64,000 bases of DNA from an uncultured Alphaproteobacteria bacterium (GTDB lineage: Bacteria > Pseudomonadota > Alphaproteobacteria > Rs-D84): assembly GCA_947053455.1 (NCBI GenBank), contig CAMRSV010000005.1:1-64000 (forward strand), in the 5' to 3' direction. Of the stretch, positions 10,549 through 21,143 are shown piece after piece. The notes under the pieces were generated by a model, which had not been told where the DNA came from, ran no database searches, and saw only the letters and a program-made list of their open reading frames with translations. Both the position numbers and the translations under genes were made by a program. Each line of letters opens with the position of its first letter. Positions within the stretch are counted from its first letter, which is position 1.

Positions 10549-12003
10549 TTATGCCTGTTGATGCGGCAATGTCAACAGGTCGCTTACAACCTTGACTGGT
10601 GAAAAAGTTGTTGGCGGAACTTCTACAAAAATAGTATTCCAATTAGCCATTGCCCCATTCCACAATCCCGGTTTTTCCATTGCACGCAGTGGACGGCCGT
10701 TTTTTGATTTGTCCGATATAAACCCGGTATTTTCATCAATAAATTTCGTCAAATCAAACTTGTCACCATTGATATTGCGCACTGCGCATACCAAATCAAC
10801 CGGATTAAAATGTGATGCGGCGTCCATTATATCCCGCGCATCCGGGGCAATTTGACTAGATTCAACAATCTGGGGTGAAATCAGTCCATCCGCGCCACGC
10901 ACCATAAACGGTCCGCCACCCGGGGCGCCGGTGTTTCGCACAACACCGCACACACGTGTTGGTCGGTTTAATATCTTGCGTATTTGCGCCGTATCAAAAT
11001 CAGACGCACCGCGCACACATAATGTATTTGATATAAATTCGCGAATTTCATTGCGCACCGCATCATCGGCGTCATCCAATCTGGAAATGTAATCAAAAAT
11101 CTTTGCCTGAACCTGAACCAAAACACCGGCCAGCGCACGCTTGTATTCAATGGTATCGGAACGAACGTGCTCTGCACACACGTTATCAATATTCTTTACG
11201 AAAATAATATCGGCATCAATATTATTCAGGTTTTCAATCAATGCACCATGTCCCGCCGGTCGAAACAACAGCGAACCGTCATCCGTTCTAAACGGCGTAT
11301 TATCCGGCGCCGCAGCAATAGTGTCGGTCTTTGCCATTTGTTCCGACATTGTTATATCATACGCGACACCATATCGCGCAGAATATTCATCAACCAATTT
11401 TGCAAACAAACTTTCAAACGCGGTTCTATGTTCGGGCGACACGGTAAAATGTATGCGCACCGAATTATCAGAAGATACGGCATACTCGGCGCCCTCGGCC
11501 AGATGTTCGGCGGCCGCGGTACGCGCGCGCGCCCCCGCACCATGGAACTTTATCAATCCCTTTGGGCAATTGCCATAATTTAGACCGTCCACACCGATTA
11601 TTGCGGCAATAATATCATGCGCCATAGTTGACGCGGATATAAATTTCTTCAAATCATCATAAAATGCGAACTTATCAATATTCTGCAAAACCTTTTCAAC
11701 AACAGGATTTCTATCCCCAGACGACAAAAATTCAAACAAATCTTTGAACATGCGTGTTGCCGCACCAGATGCCGGAACAAATTTTACAATTTTGTGATTC
11801 TGACGATATGCATCATAAGTATCGGCCGCCACCCGGCGCGCCGCATCATCTAATTGCACAATGCCGTCACCGACCGACGCGGGTGCGACAATATTCGCAT
11901 ACGGAAAGCCGCGCGCAAAATCCGCCATTTGTTTTTCCGCGTCCGCAACGGACAGGCCATGGCGCATTATTTGTTCAATATCGCGTTGTGAAAATACTGT
12001 CAT
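10549..12003 (-). CDS. DUF4301 family protein
   Basis: KFVPASGAATRMFKDL, FRPAGHGALIENLN, HFNPVDLVC, PGLWNGAMA motifs. Confidence 0.85.
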   Translation of the reverse strand: MTVFSQRDIEQIMRHGLSVADAEKQMADFARGFPYANIVAPASVGDGIVQLDDAARRVAADTYDAYRQNHKIVKFVPASGAATRMFKDLFEFLSSGDRNPVVEKVLQNIDKFAFYDDLKKFISASTMAHDIIAAIIGVDGLNYGNCPKGLIKFHGAGARARTAAAEHLAEGAEYAVSSDNSVRIHFTVSPEHRTAFESLFAKLVDEYSARYGVAYDITMSEQMAKTDTIAAAPDNTPFRTDDGSLLFRPAGHGALIENLNNIDADIIFVKNIDNVCAEHVRSDTIEYKRALAGVLVQVQAKIFDYISRLDDADDAVRNEIREFISNTLCVRGASDFDTAQIRKILNRPTRVCGVVRNTGAPGGGPFMVRGADGLISPQIVESSQIAPDARDIMDAASHFNPVDLVCAVRNINGDKFDLTKFIDENTGFISDKSKNGRPLRAMEKPGLWNGAMANWNTIFVEVPPTTFSPVKVVSDLLTLPHQQA

Positions 12004-12139
12004 TTTCTAATCCCCTTTTCATGACAAAGCGTAATATAAAAAAGAAAACTGTGCAATAAAGTTTGATGGCTTTGATTCCTGTGTCTTGAAGAAAACCAAA
12101 ATGATATTATATATACAGAAAATAACAAAGGTGACTATT

Positions 12140-14197
12140 ATGAACCCAGAAGAAATGCAAGAAACCCCGGAACAGGCGATTGCCAAATACACCACCGATT
12201 TCACCAAATTGGCGGCGGATGGCAAACTGGATCCGGTAATCGGTCGTGACGAAGAAATTCGCCGCACAATCCAGGTATTGAGCCGCCGTACAAAAAACAA
12301 CCCAGTTCTTATTGGGAACCCAGGCGTCGGTAAAACCGCAATTGTCGAAGGACTAGCGTCACGCATAGTATCAGGCGACGTGCCGGAAAATCTGCTGAAT
12401 AAAAAACTGCTGTCGCTGGATATGGGTGCACTTATGGCGGGCGCAATGTTCCGCGGCCAATTCGAAGGACGCTTAAAAGCAATACTGAAAGCCGTCAAAG
12501 ATTCCGACGGTCAGATTATTTTATTCATTGATGAATTGCACACCATGGTCGGCGCCGGCAAAGGCGAAGGTTCCATGGATGCGGGTAATTTATTGAAGCC
12601 GATGTTGGCGCGTGGCGAACTGCACTGCATGGGTGCGACAACACTAGACGAATACCGACAGTATATTGAAAAGGACCCAGCACTTGCACGGCGCTTTCAA
12701 CCAGTGTACGTCGACGAGCCAACGGTTGATGACACAATATCTATTTTGCGCGGGCTCAAGGAAAAATACGAAGGACATCACGGTGTTCGCATTGCTGATG
12801 CGGCATTGGTATCGGCGGTAAAACTGTCAAACCGTTATATTACCGACCGATTTTTACCGGACAAGGCAATCGATTTGATTGACGAAGCCGCCGCACGCGT
12901 TCGCATAGAGGTTGCATCAAAACCGGAAAAACTGGATGAAATAGACCGTCACCTGATGCAGCTGAAAATAGAACAGCAGGCATTGAAAAAAGAAAAGGAC
13001 GAAGAATCTAAAAAACGTCTTAAAGAATTGGAAGGAATCATAAAAGAAACAGATGCCGAATCGAAAAAACTGACCGCCGAATGGCAGGCCGAACAACAAA
13101 AAATGCGCGGCCTATCAGATGCGATGGCCGCCCTGGACGCCGCCAAGGCAGAGGTTGCCAGTGCGACCCGCGCCGGTGACTATGAAAAGGCATCAGCACT
13201 GCAGTATGGCAAGATTCCCGAATTGGAAGAAAAAATTCGCACAATGAACGCAGATGCGCGCGAATACAAAACCGTACTGCCCGAACACATTGCGACAGTT
13301 GTTAGTAAATGGACCGGTGTCCCGGCCGACAGATTAAGTGTCGAAGAACAATCAAAACTGCTAAATATAGAAGACAAACTGCGCGAACGCGTTGTCGGAC
13401 AAGATTTAGCGCTGCAGGTTGTTGCACGTGCAATACGCCGTTCACGTGCAGGTTTATCTGACCCGCGCCGCCCCGCCGGCAGTTTTATGTTCCTAGGCCC
13501 CACTGGCGTTGGCAAGACCGAGGTTGCAAAAGCCCTGGCGGAATATCTGTTCAACGATGATACGGCAATGACACGAATTGACATGAGTGAATACATGGAA
13601 CCTCATTCTGTTTCACGCCTTATCGGCAGTCCTCCGGGATACGTCGGATATGAACAAGGCGGTGTTTTAACCGAAAGCGTACGGCGCCGCCCATATCAGG
13701 TTTTGCTGTTCGATGAAATAGAAAAGGCAAACCCGGACGTGTTTAACGTATTCCTGCAAATTCTGGACGACGGCAGACTAACCGACGGCCAGGGACATGT
13801 TGTGAACTTTACAAACACGATTATCATTATGACCAGCAACCTGCCTGATATGGAGGCGGTAAAGAAACATTTCCGTCCGGAATTTATAAACCGAATTGAT
13901 GAAATTGTATTCTTTAACCCACTGGGCAAGGATGTAATGGCCGGCATCGTCAAGATTCAATTGCAGAATCTGGAAAAACGCCTGGCCGAACGCCGCATAG
14001 AATTAAATGTGACGGACAAGGCGATAAAATGGCTGGGGGACAACGGATATGACCCGGTATTTGGGGCACGCCCGCTAAAACGGCTTATCACAAACGCGGT
14101 CGAAGATAAAATCGCCGACCTGATACTATCAGGTGCAATAGGCGAAGGCTCTACCGTATATGTTGATGTCAAAGGCAAAGAATTAACCGTTGGCTAA
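12140..14197 (+). CDS. clpB: ClpB chaperone lacking the N-terminal domain
   Basis: [13 protein letters not shown], two Walker A motifs ([16 protein letters not shown]), coiled-coil M domain, GARPLKR. Confidence 0.93.
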   Translation: MNPEEMQETPEQAIAKYTTDFTKLAADGKLDPVIGRDEEIRRTIQVLSRRTKNNPVLIGNPGVGKTAIVEGLASRIVSGDVPENLLNKKLLSLDMGALMAGAMFRGQFEGRLKAILKAVKDSDGQIILFIDELHTMVGAGKGEGSMDAGNLLKPMLARGELHCMGATTLDEYRQYIEKDPALARRFQPVYVDEPTVDDTISILRGLKEKYEGHHGVRIADAALVSAVKLSNRYITDRFLPDKAIDLIDEAAARVRIEVASKPEKLDEIDRHLMQLKIEQQALKKEKDEESKKRLKELEGIIKETDAESKKLTAEWQAEQQKMRGLSDAMAALDAAKAEVASATRAGDYEKASALQYGKIPELEEKIRTMNADAREYKTVLPEHIATVVSKWTGVPADRLSVEEQSKLLNIEDKLRERVVGQDLALQVVARAIRRSRAGLSDPRRPAGSFMFLGPTGVGKTEVAKALAEYLFNDDTAMTRIDMSEYMEPHSVSRLIGSPPGYVGYEQGGVLTESVRRRPYQVLLFDEIEKANPDVFNVFLQILDDGRLTDGQGHVVNFTNTIIIMTSNLPDMEAVKKHFRPEFINRIDEIVFFNPLGKDVMAGIVKIQLQNLEKRLAERRIELNVTDKAIKWLGDNGYDPVFGARPLKRLITNAVEDKIADLILSGAIGEGSTVYVDVKGKELTVG

Positions 14198-14258
14198 TAA
14201 TGTATTATAAAAACAAAAAACGCGGGCATTTGTGCCCGCGTTTTACTTACCTTGCGCC

Positions 14259-16250
14259 CTACCGGCCATACAAATGTTTTTTTACATTTTCCAAATTAAA
14301 CGCTTTCTTTGATGCGCTTTTAAACTGCCGCGTCATCAAAACAACAAATTTACCATCGTCAAAGCGTAACTTAATACCATAATTTTCTTCGCTAATCGCA
14401 ACCACATATGCATCGGTAGATTTGAACATCTGTTCATCTAGTTTAGTGTCAAACAATCGCCACTTCCACGGTTCCATCGGAGCCATTTCATTACCTTTGC
14501 GACCGCGCACCCCTAAAATTTTACCATTCATAAAAATCTTGAACGATGTATTATAATGGGATTGGATTATTCTTTGGCCATTAACAAAAACATCATTATA
14601 AAAGATTCCAGGCGCCGATTCTGTGCTTTTTATTGTCACATTTAAATTAGTGACATCAGATTGGTTCGTGTCGGATTCTTTTTTATATTCAGTTGGTTGA
14701 ACCACCGCCTTTAATTCCACCGGCAACGCCACCAAAGAATATGCAGCGCACATTCCGTTTGGCTTTATAATAACGGTTTCGTTTAATTTGGCCAACGCAT
14801 TTATTGCCAATGCCGAATCTGGCGCAGCACTTGATTCACGCGTCCACTTATGATTTTTGCCGCGTATGTGCAACATTGACATTGCGCCAATTTTTTCATA
14901 GCCGAACAATTCATGATTTTGTGCGATATAAGAAACACTGGCAAATCCCCCAGCCAGAGATTTAACAACTTCGCCCTTTTCACAATCAACCACATACAGT
15001 TTTGTACCAAAATTACCATGTACACGAACAACCGCAAAACCGCTTAAGACATCAAAAAGAACTACTTCGGGCGAATATATACCGCAGCGTGTCATAAGCG
15101 TCTTTTCTTTGCCAGCATGACGCCAAACCAATCCGTAAATACCGTTTGACAATTTTGGGGCAAATAGATTAATCCCGGCAATTTGCTTTTCCGTAGCAAA
15201 ATCCGCCAGTTCTTTTTGTTTGGCAATTATTGCCTCATTGTGCTGTTCGGCGCGTTCTTTGCGAAGAATCTTAAACACACCATTTTCATACGAATATTTT
15301 TCAGGCTTTCGCGATACCAATTCATCACCCAATTCCTGTGACACATTTTTACCAGCCTTTCTCAAATTACAAACTTTGTTCTCCAAAGAATGCAATGTCC
15401 ATTTTGAATATGGTTTAATTCTGCAATCAATACTCTTGAACTCGCCGTTTTCATACGAATATTTTTCAGGCTTTCGCGATACCAATTCATTCTCCAATTC
15501 CTGTGGCACTTTCTTACCAGCCTTTCTCAATTCACGAACTGCGTCTTCCAAACTATTCAATGGCCTTTGTGAACATGATTTAATTCTGCAATCAATAATC
15601 TTGAACTCGCCGTTTTCATACGAATATTTTTCAGGCTTTCGCGATACCAATTCATTCTCCAATTCCTGTGGCACTTTCTTACCAGCCTTTCTCAATTCAC
15701 GAACTGCGTCTTCCAAACTATTCAATGGCCTTTGTGAACATGATTTAATTCTGCAATCAATAATCTTAAAGTTACCATTTTCATCGTATGAGTATTTTTA
15801 CGGCGCTTTTAAAACTAACGCATCTGTTAGTTCCTTCGGTATAGGTTTATCAGCTTTTTTTAAGTCTTTATAATTGAGTACTAATGTATCCAATTTTTTG
15901 TCAACATATGATTTTTTACGAACATATTGTATGCGCCCTGCCATTGTGTATTTATTTGGCAAACGCGAAACCAGTTCGGCCATCAGTTCATGCGGCACAG
16001 GCTCATTGGCAGTAGTAAGCAAAGAATATTTTGTTTCTAATGTGGTCAACTTTTGCTTTGAATATGGTTTTTTATTGCCATACCCTGCTTTAACCAACGG
16101 ACCATTGGGGCCAAATTTATCCGGCGCCTTAACAGATAACCAGTATAACAAATCTGCCGGAATTTCTTCACCTGCCGCACTTAATGTGTGATAATTTGTA
16201 ATTAATGTATTTACTTTTTTTTCACTGTATGGCAGTGCACGTCTTGGCAT
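14259..16250 (-). pseudogene. Repeat-containing hypothetical protein interrupted by one in-frame TAA at 15798-15800
   Basis: ORFs 15798..16250 and 14259..15725 are in the same frame; sequence reads KAP*KYSY where other repeats read KPEKYSY. Confidence 0.8.
15286..15770. repeat. 165-nt (55-aa) tandem repeat, about 3 copies
   Basis: tcatacgaatatttttcaggctttcgcgataccaattc at 15286, 15451 and 15616. Confidence 0.9.
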
Positions 16251-16306
16251 ATCATATGCTCCCTTATATTATATGCGCGCGCCCACCCCTCTCCCGACGC
16301 AAAAAG

Positions 16307-18127
16307 TTATTTTGTCTTTTTTGCTTTCTTGGGCTCTTTTTTTTCTTTCACTTTGAATTGAATATCACGCAACTTTTTATATTCACCGCCAATCGCAACC
16401 AATTCAGCATCCGTGCCACGTTCAATAATGCGACCGTCTTTTATTACACAAATTATATCGGCATCCAAAATTGTGGACAATCTGTGCGCGATAACAAATG
16501 TTGTACGCCCGCGCATCAGGTCTTTCAATGCAGACTGAATCAATTTCTCACTTTGCGTGTCCAGGGCGCTTGTCGCCTCGTCCAGAAGCAATATCGGTGC
16601 ATCTTTTAATATGGCGCGCGCAATTGCAATACGCTGTTTCTGGCCACCTGACAGCAGTGCCCCGCCCTCGCCCACGCAGGTATCATATCCGCATGGGAAT
16701 TTGGATATGAAATCATGCGCATTCGCGGCGCGCGCGGCGGCAATAACCTGGTCACGCGTGGCGTTCGGCAGACCATATTTTATATTTTCCTCTATTGTGG
16801 CGTTAAACAGAAATACGTCTTGGGACACCTCTGCAATATTATTGCGCAACGATTCCAACGTGAATTTCCGTATATCCGTATCATTGATTTTAACATGCCC
16901 ATGCTGCGGCTCGTAAAAACGTTCCAACAGGTTGAACATCGTGGTCTTGCCGCCACCCGAAGGTCCCACCAGTGCACAAATCTTGCCGGCAGGTACATGC
17001 AAATCAATATCCCGTAATACAGGTTCGCCCGGATTGTATTCAAAATCAACATTTTCAAACGCAACCGACATCGGGCCGGCATCCAAAGCCTTCGCATTCG
17101 ATATGTCCTGAATTGACGGCTTACTGTCCAGGAAATTAAACAACACCTCCGCGGCCAGCAAACCGTGCTGTATGGTATCACCGGTACCTGTAACGCTTTT
17201 AACCGGGCGGTATGCGGCACTCAACGCCAACAGGAATCCTACAAAATTACCTAACGTCATCATATCATTAGATATCAGCAGACCACCCACAATCATCGCC
17301 AGGCACAATCCTATTGAAATCATCAATTCCAACAGCGGCGAACGCAGTGCACTAATTTTTGTGCTTTTTAATGCATTTTCCACTGACGAATTTAAAATGC
17401 AGTTGAATTTTTCTGTCTCGCTTTCTTCGTTTGCAAATGCCTGAATTGTCTTCATCCCATGCAGTGTTTGATTCAAATGCTGTGATACATTGTTTGCAAT
17501 ACCAAACGATTCACGCGACAGGCGACGTTTTAACCGCATTATCAACAATGTTGGGATCATAATCGCCGGCGCCAAGAACAGCAGCAATATGCACAACTGT
17601 GGCGCGAACCAAACCATCAACCCTAATGAAATCATGATTGTCGCGACATTCTGAATCAATCGCACTATTGTTCCGGTAACCAGATTCAATACTGCACCGG
17701 CCTGAACCCCAAAATAGTTTAGGCATTTTCCGATTCCGTCACCATAAAATGTTGATATGTTCATACGAACAACATGCCGGTAAATACGGCGTTGCAAATT
17801 CATACTGGCCAAAAGTCCCGCTTTGGCCATAGCAATTGTCTTTATAAACGTACAAATTCCCTTGGCACCGTATACGGCAATAATCTGTAATCCGATTATG
17901 TACAGTGAATCCATATTCTTGGCGATAAAGGTTTCATCAACAATGCGTTTTGCGATTGTGATTGCATACCCTTCGGCAGACGCCGCGCCAATTGTAAATA
18001 TAATGCCCGCCGCCAACCATTTCCAATACGGCAAGCCAATTTCACGCCACACGCGCAAATACAGCGACCATTTTATTGGCTGATTATTTTTATCGCCACG
18101 AATCATTTTCTTTATCTTTTTTAACAT
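16307..18127 (-). CDS. msbA: MsbA-like lipid A export ABC transporter (fused permease/ATPase)
   Basis: TM domain plus GPSGGGKT, LSGGQKQR, LLLDEATSALD; adjacent to lipid A acyltransferase. Confidence 0.8.
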   Translation of the reverse strand: MLKKIKKMIRGDKNNQPIKWSLYLRVWREIGLPYWKWLAAGIIFTIGAASAEGYAITIAKRIVDETFIAKNMDSLYIIGLQIIAVYGAKGICTFIKTIAMAKAGLLASMNLQRRIYRHVVRMNISTFYGDGIGKCLNYFGVQAGAVLNLVTGTIVRLIQNVATIMISLGLMVWFAPQLCILLLFLAPAIMIPTLLIMRLKRRLSRESFGIANNVSQHLNQTLHGMKTIQAFANEESETEKFNCILNSSVENALKSTKISALRSPLLELMISIGLCLAMIVGGLLISNDMMTLGNFVGFLLALSAAYRPVKSVTGTGDTIQHGLLAAEVLFNFLDSKPSIQDISNAKALDAGPMSVAFENVDFEYNPGEPVLRDIDLHVPAGKICALVGPSGGGKTTMFNLLERFYEPQHGHVKINDTDIRKFTLESLRNNIAEVSQDVFLFNATIEENIKYGLPNATRDQVIAAARAANAHDFISKFPCGYDTCVGEGGALLSGGQKQRIAIARAILKDAPILLLDEATSALDTQSEKLIQSALKDLMRGRTTFVIAHRLSTILDADIICVIKDGRIIERGTDAELVAIGGEYKKLRDIQFKVKEKKEPKKAKKTK

Positions 18128-18165
18128 GTCATTCCTCTTACATTATCTATATCTATTATAAACAA

Positions 18166-19248
18166 TTATGGCCGCCAACGATCATGCATCCATAAATATT
18201 CTGCCGGGGCATCCAAAATCGCACGCGACATCACGTCATTTACCATCTGCATTCCGCGCATTTCATCCGCCGCCGCGTCACCATCGCGCGGAATGTTTAC
18301 AATTCCATCAAACACGATTTCGTGTTTTGCGCCACGTGTACGCCGCACATGCCCCACCACGACCGGCAAGTTGAATTTTCGCGCCAATTGCGCAATACCA
18401 GGCGACGTACGCGCCGGATGCCCCATAAAATCCAGATACGGCGCACCCGACGGTCGCTGATCGGAATTAATATTCAAAATATCGCCGTTACGCAACGCAC
18501 GCACCATGGGAATAGCATTGCCAACCGGAATAAAATGCAAATCCCGCGCCTGCCTCAGGCCATAGCTCTCTAAAATAACATCATTGGTCAACGGATTGCT
18601 GGGGTATTTATATGTAACACCGATGCGCGGTCCGCGCCCCAAAAAAGGCAAAGCCATCAACGCCATAAATCCCAAATGCGGCATCGCAATTAAAAATTGC
18701 GGCAAATCTTTTACCATATCCCAGTTTTTAACTGTGACCAGCCGACCCATATTGCGGCGATATGTTCCGTACTTTAACCCCTCGGCAAAGGTGCGCCCCC
18801 AGTTGTTCCAAATTTTGCGAATAAATTCGGGGTTATTGTTTTCTGGCATTATCTGGGCCAGGTTTTCTGAAATAATCTGCTGGCGGCGTGCGCTTTTTGA
18901 ACCAAAGTGTTCCAGAATACGCCCCCCCATCCATGATAAAACCGACAACGGCATCAACCGCAGCAGCCATGACGCCATGCGATATCCCAACAGTTCCGCC
19001 GGATGCTGAACCCAACGTTTTTTCCACTTTCGTGCCTTGTTGCCATAATACTGGCGCCAGGGACATGCCAACGCATAAATCGCCAGTCCCAAATACAGCG
19101 CCAAAACCGGCATCAAATATAACGAATTTATATCAAATATAGCCGTGACAAGCAAATAGAACAGAAATCCCCATGTCATTATGCGCGCCGGCTTTATATC
19201 CTTGGCCGTGCAAATCCACAGGCACAAAAACATACAAAGTGTTATCAT
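18166..19248 (-). CDS. Lipid A biosynthesis acyltransferase (LpxL/HtrB family) with hydrophobic N-terminal extension
   Basis: PHLG, DQR, FMGHPARTS, YLWMHDRW motifs. Confidence 0.85.
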   Translation of the reverse strand: MITLCMFLCLWICTAKDIKPARIMTWGFLFYLLVTAIFDINSLYLMPVLALYLGLAIYALACPWRQYYGNKARKWKKRWVQHPAELLGYRMASWLLRLMPLSVLSWMGGRILEHFGSKSARRQQIISENLAQIMPENNNPEFIRKIWNNWGRTFAEGLKYGTYRRNMGRLVTVKNWDMVKDLPQFLIAMPHLGFMALMALPFLGRGPRIGVTYKYPSNPLTNDVILESYGLRQARDLHFIPVGNAIPMVRALRNGDILNINSDQRPSGAPYLDFMGHPARTSPGIAQLARKFNLPVVVGHVRRTRGAKHEIVFDGIVNIPRDGDAAADEMRGMQMVNDVMSRAILDAPAEYLWMHDRWRP

Positions 19249-19416
19249 CACAATCCTTTTGTGTGGGTTAAGTATAGATTACGCACCGCCCACAGTCAAG
19301 TTTATTAAATTACCCACAATATATCACAATAGAATTTATAGTAAATTTTTACATTGACATATTGATTGATTATGTATAAAATGCGTTGAATTCCCGAACC
19401 GGGGATGCAAAGTTTT

Positions 19417-19492
19417 GGGGTCATAGCTCAGTTGGTAGAGCACCTGCTTTGCAAGCAGGGGGTCGTCAGTTCGAGTCTGATTGGCTCCACCA
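19417..19492 (+). tRNA. tRNA-Ala, anticodon TGC
   Basis: ggggtcatagctcagttggtagagcacctgct-TTGCAA-gcagg...ttcgagt...CCA; G3:U70 pair. Confidence 0.95.
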
Positions 19493-19534
19493 AGATAACA
19501 AAGAACAAAATGCGTTAAAGGGGGTGAATAACCT

Positions 19535-19741
19535 ATGGTAAAAGTTCTGGTTCGCGACAATAACGTCGAACAGGCACTGCGTGTTGCAAAGCGCAAGTCT
19601 CAAAAAGAAGGCCTGTACCGCGAAATGAAGGAACGTCAGCGTTATGAAAAACCAACAACAAAACGCAAACGTTTGAAAGAAGAAGCCGTACGCAACGAAA
19701 AGAAGCGTCAATCCAAACAAAGAATGGTATTTGGTTTCTAA
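19535..19741 (+). CDS. rpsU: 30S ribosomal protein S21
   Basis: [16 protein letters not shown]...YEKP. Confidence 0.95.
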   Translation: MVKVLVRDNNVEQALRVAKRKSQKEGLYREMKERQRYEKPTTKRKRLKEEAVRNEKKRQSKQRMVFGF

Positions 19742-19809
19742 AAAAAAATCGCAAACAAATCCCGCAATCGCGGGATTTGTTTTATTGCATGGCAACTGGC
19801 AAATAACCT

Positions 19810-19837
19810 TTGCAAATAAAATTCATCATGCTATAAT
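19810..19837 (+). promoter_or_regulatory. Sigma70-like promoter of leader RNA copy 1
   Basis: TTGCAA-16 nt-TATAAT with extended TG. Confidence 0.7.
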
Positions 19838-19843
19838 ACCTGT

Positions 19844-20016
19844 GCCGTTGGGTGTTCCGATGGCGGGGTGTAGTTACTTCTATCATCCTATTCCAATTAA
19901 GGGATAGAAATTCTCCAATCTTATGTTGGAGGGTCGCGAATATATTGAATAAGCGACACTATAGATGATATAGTAACTAACCTCCAACCATCTGGATTTT
20001 CCAAATGGTTGTTTTT
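19844..20016 (+). ncRNA. Novel structured leader RNA (attenuator-like), copy 1
   Basis: 5' hairpin, GGGGTG, TAGTTACT/AGTAACTA and TATCATC/GATGATA pairings, GTTGGAGG/CCTCCAAC, terminator hairpin plus U tract. Confidence 0.75.
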
Positions 20017-20036
20017 ATTTTCCAAGAGGATAAGTT

Positions 20037-20235
20037 ATGCAACTGAAATCAATGGAACAAAATTCACAAAAAAAAACTGGAAAAAGAAGAACTGCTTTGC
20101 TGGTTGCTCTGTTTATATCTGTATATAGAAAGCATATACCTTAAATTAAAACCTATATTAGAACCAGAAATAAAAAGACATAATGCCCGTGTAATCCGCG
20201 GCCGAAAAAATCAAAATTCAACAAATAAAAAATAA
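20037..20235 (+). CDS. Small hypothetical protein; 35 aa as written (stop 20144) or 65 aa if the A9 tract loses one base
   Basis: SD gagga; A9 tract at 20068-20076; the shifted frame stays open to TAA 20233-20235. Confidence 0.4.
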
Positions 20236-20236
20236 A

Positions 20237-20407
20237 TTACAGATAAATCATCATGCAACGAAATGTTCGTTTTTCTGATTCTGGTGGACAGTATTTGCAT
20301 TCCGTATCGGCAAATTCTTGGAATTCCCGATGAATTTTGGCAATTTGATTTCGCGTTTTTATGTACAATTTCTCAATTTCTGCGCGTGTTAATGGTTTTG
20401 ATTGCAT
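20237..20407 (-). CDS. Small hypothetical protein, 56 aa (MQSKPLTRAEIEKLY...CKYCPP...), missing from the ORF track
   Basis: SD ggag, ATG directly downstream of leader RNA copy 2, CxxC motif. Confidence 0.6.
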   Translation of the reverse strand: MQSKPLTRAEIEKLYIKTRNQIAKIHREFQEFADTECKYCPPESEKRTFRCMMIYL

Positions 20408-20424
20408 TGTAAAATCTCCATATT

Positions 20425-20600
20425 AAAAAACCACCGGATAAATCCAAGTGGCTGGAGGTTCACAACTATTACAAACGATAGTGCTGTTTATTTATATATA
20501 TCACAGCCCTCCAGCACAATGCGGGAGATTTGCAACCCGACAAAATGTCAGGAAGGTTTGTAAGGGGTTGTGACACCCCGCCATCGGAACACCCGACGGC
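20425..20600 (-). ncRNA. Novel structured leader RNA, copy 2
   Basis: Same 5' hairpin as copy 1; TCACAAC/GTTGTGA, TTACAAAC/GTTTGTAA, GCTGGAGG/CCTCCAGC, terminator; promoter TTGCAA-16-TATAAT at 20634-20607. Confidence 0.78.
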
Positions 20601-20672
20601 ATAAGTATTATAACATGTGTAATTTAATTTGCAAATAAATACTAAATTGCACACGACGCACATAAAGGCGAC

Positions 20673-20702
20673 AAAAATCCCCGCAAACGCGGGGATTTTT
20701 TT
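20673..20702. terminator. Intrinsic terminator
   Basis: aaaaatccccgc-aaac-gcggggattttttt. Confidence 0.8.
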
Positions 20703-20711
20703 GAAATTTAA

Positions 20712-21029
20712 TTATTCATTAAATATCTTTTCCGGTGTGTCCAAATTGCACAGTCCGATTATAAAATCAACAAATGCCCAAATGCATGCGACCAGTCCCG
20801 GTACAATCAGCATCCATCCAACCGTTCCCATAATCAGCATTGCAATACCCTGGTTAGATTTTCCGGCATAGAATTTATGCGCGCCAAAGCATCCCAAAAA
20901 GAATGCCAACAAAACATACGCAACCATGGATTTGCCATTTGCCGCATGTTCAGTATACCCACATTTCGGGCATGCCAATGCTTTGTCCGAATATTTACTA
21001 CCGCATTCCTTGCAATAAATCATCGCCAT
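20712..21029 (-). CDS. TM2-domain membrane protein with N-terminal zinc ribbon
   Basis: CKECG...CPKCG; KSMVAYVLLAFFLGCFGAHKFYAG. Confidence 0.88.
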   Translation of the reverse strand: MAMIYCKECGSKYSDKALACPKCGYTEHAANGKSMVAYVLLAFFLGCFGAHKFYAGKSNQGIAMLIMGTVGWMLIVPGLVACIWAFVDFIIGLCNLDTPEKIFNE

Positions 21030-21143
21030 ATTTTTATCCTTTTGCTTTTATTCCTAATTTATTTTATATGAAACATTTATAAAATTCCACAAATAAAAAA
21101 ATCCCCACAAACGCGGGGATTTTTCATCATATCAAACGCGTGA

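Noticed and set aside
15286-15770. 165-nt repeats as a CRISPR array or DGR template/variable repeat
   Set aside because: Contiguous in-frame coding repeats without spacers; differences are not adenine-specific and no RT is present
15798-15800. Stop-codon reassignment explaining the in-frame TAA
   Set aside because: TAA terminates most conserved genes in the window at their expected ends
15220-15873. 217-aa plus-strand ORF with repeats
   Set aside because: Antisense shadow of the minus-strand repeat protein
20469-20663. Short ORFs over the leader elements (also 27253..27468, 41451..41828, 41744..41929)
   Set aside because: They cross promoters or terminators, lack SDs and are not conserved in frame among copies; no common leader peptide found
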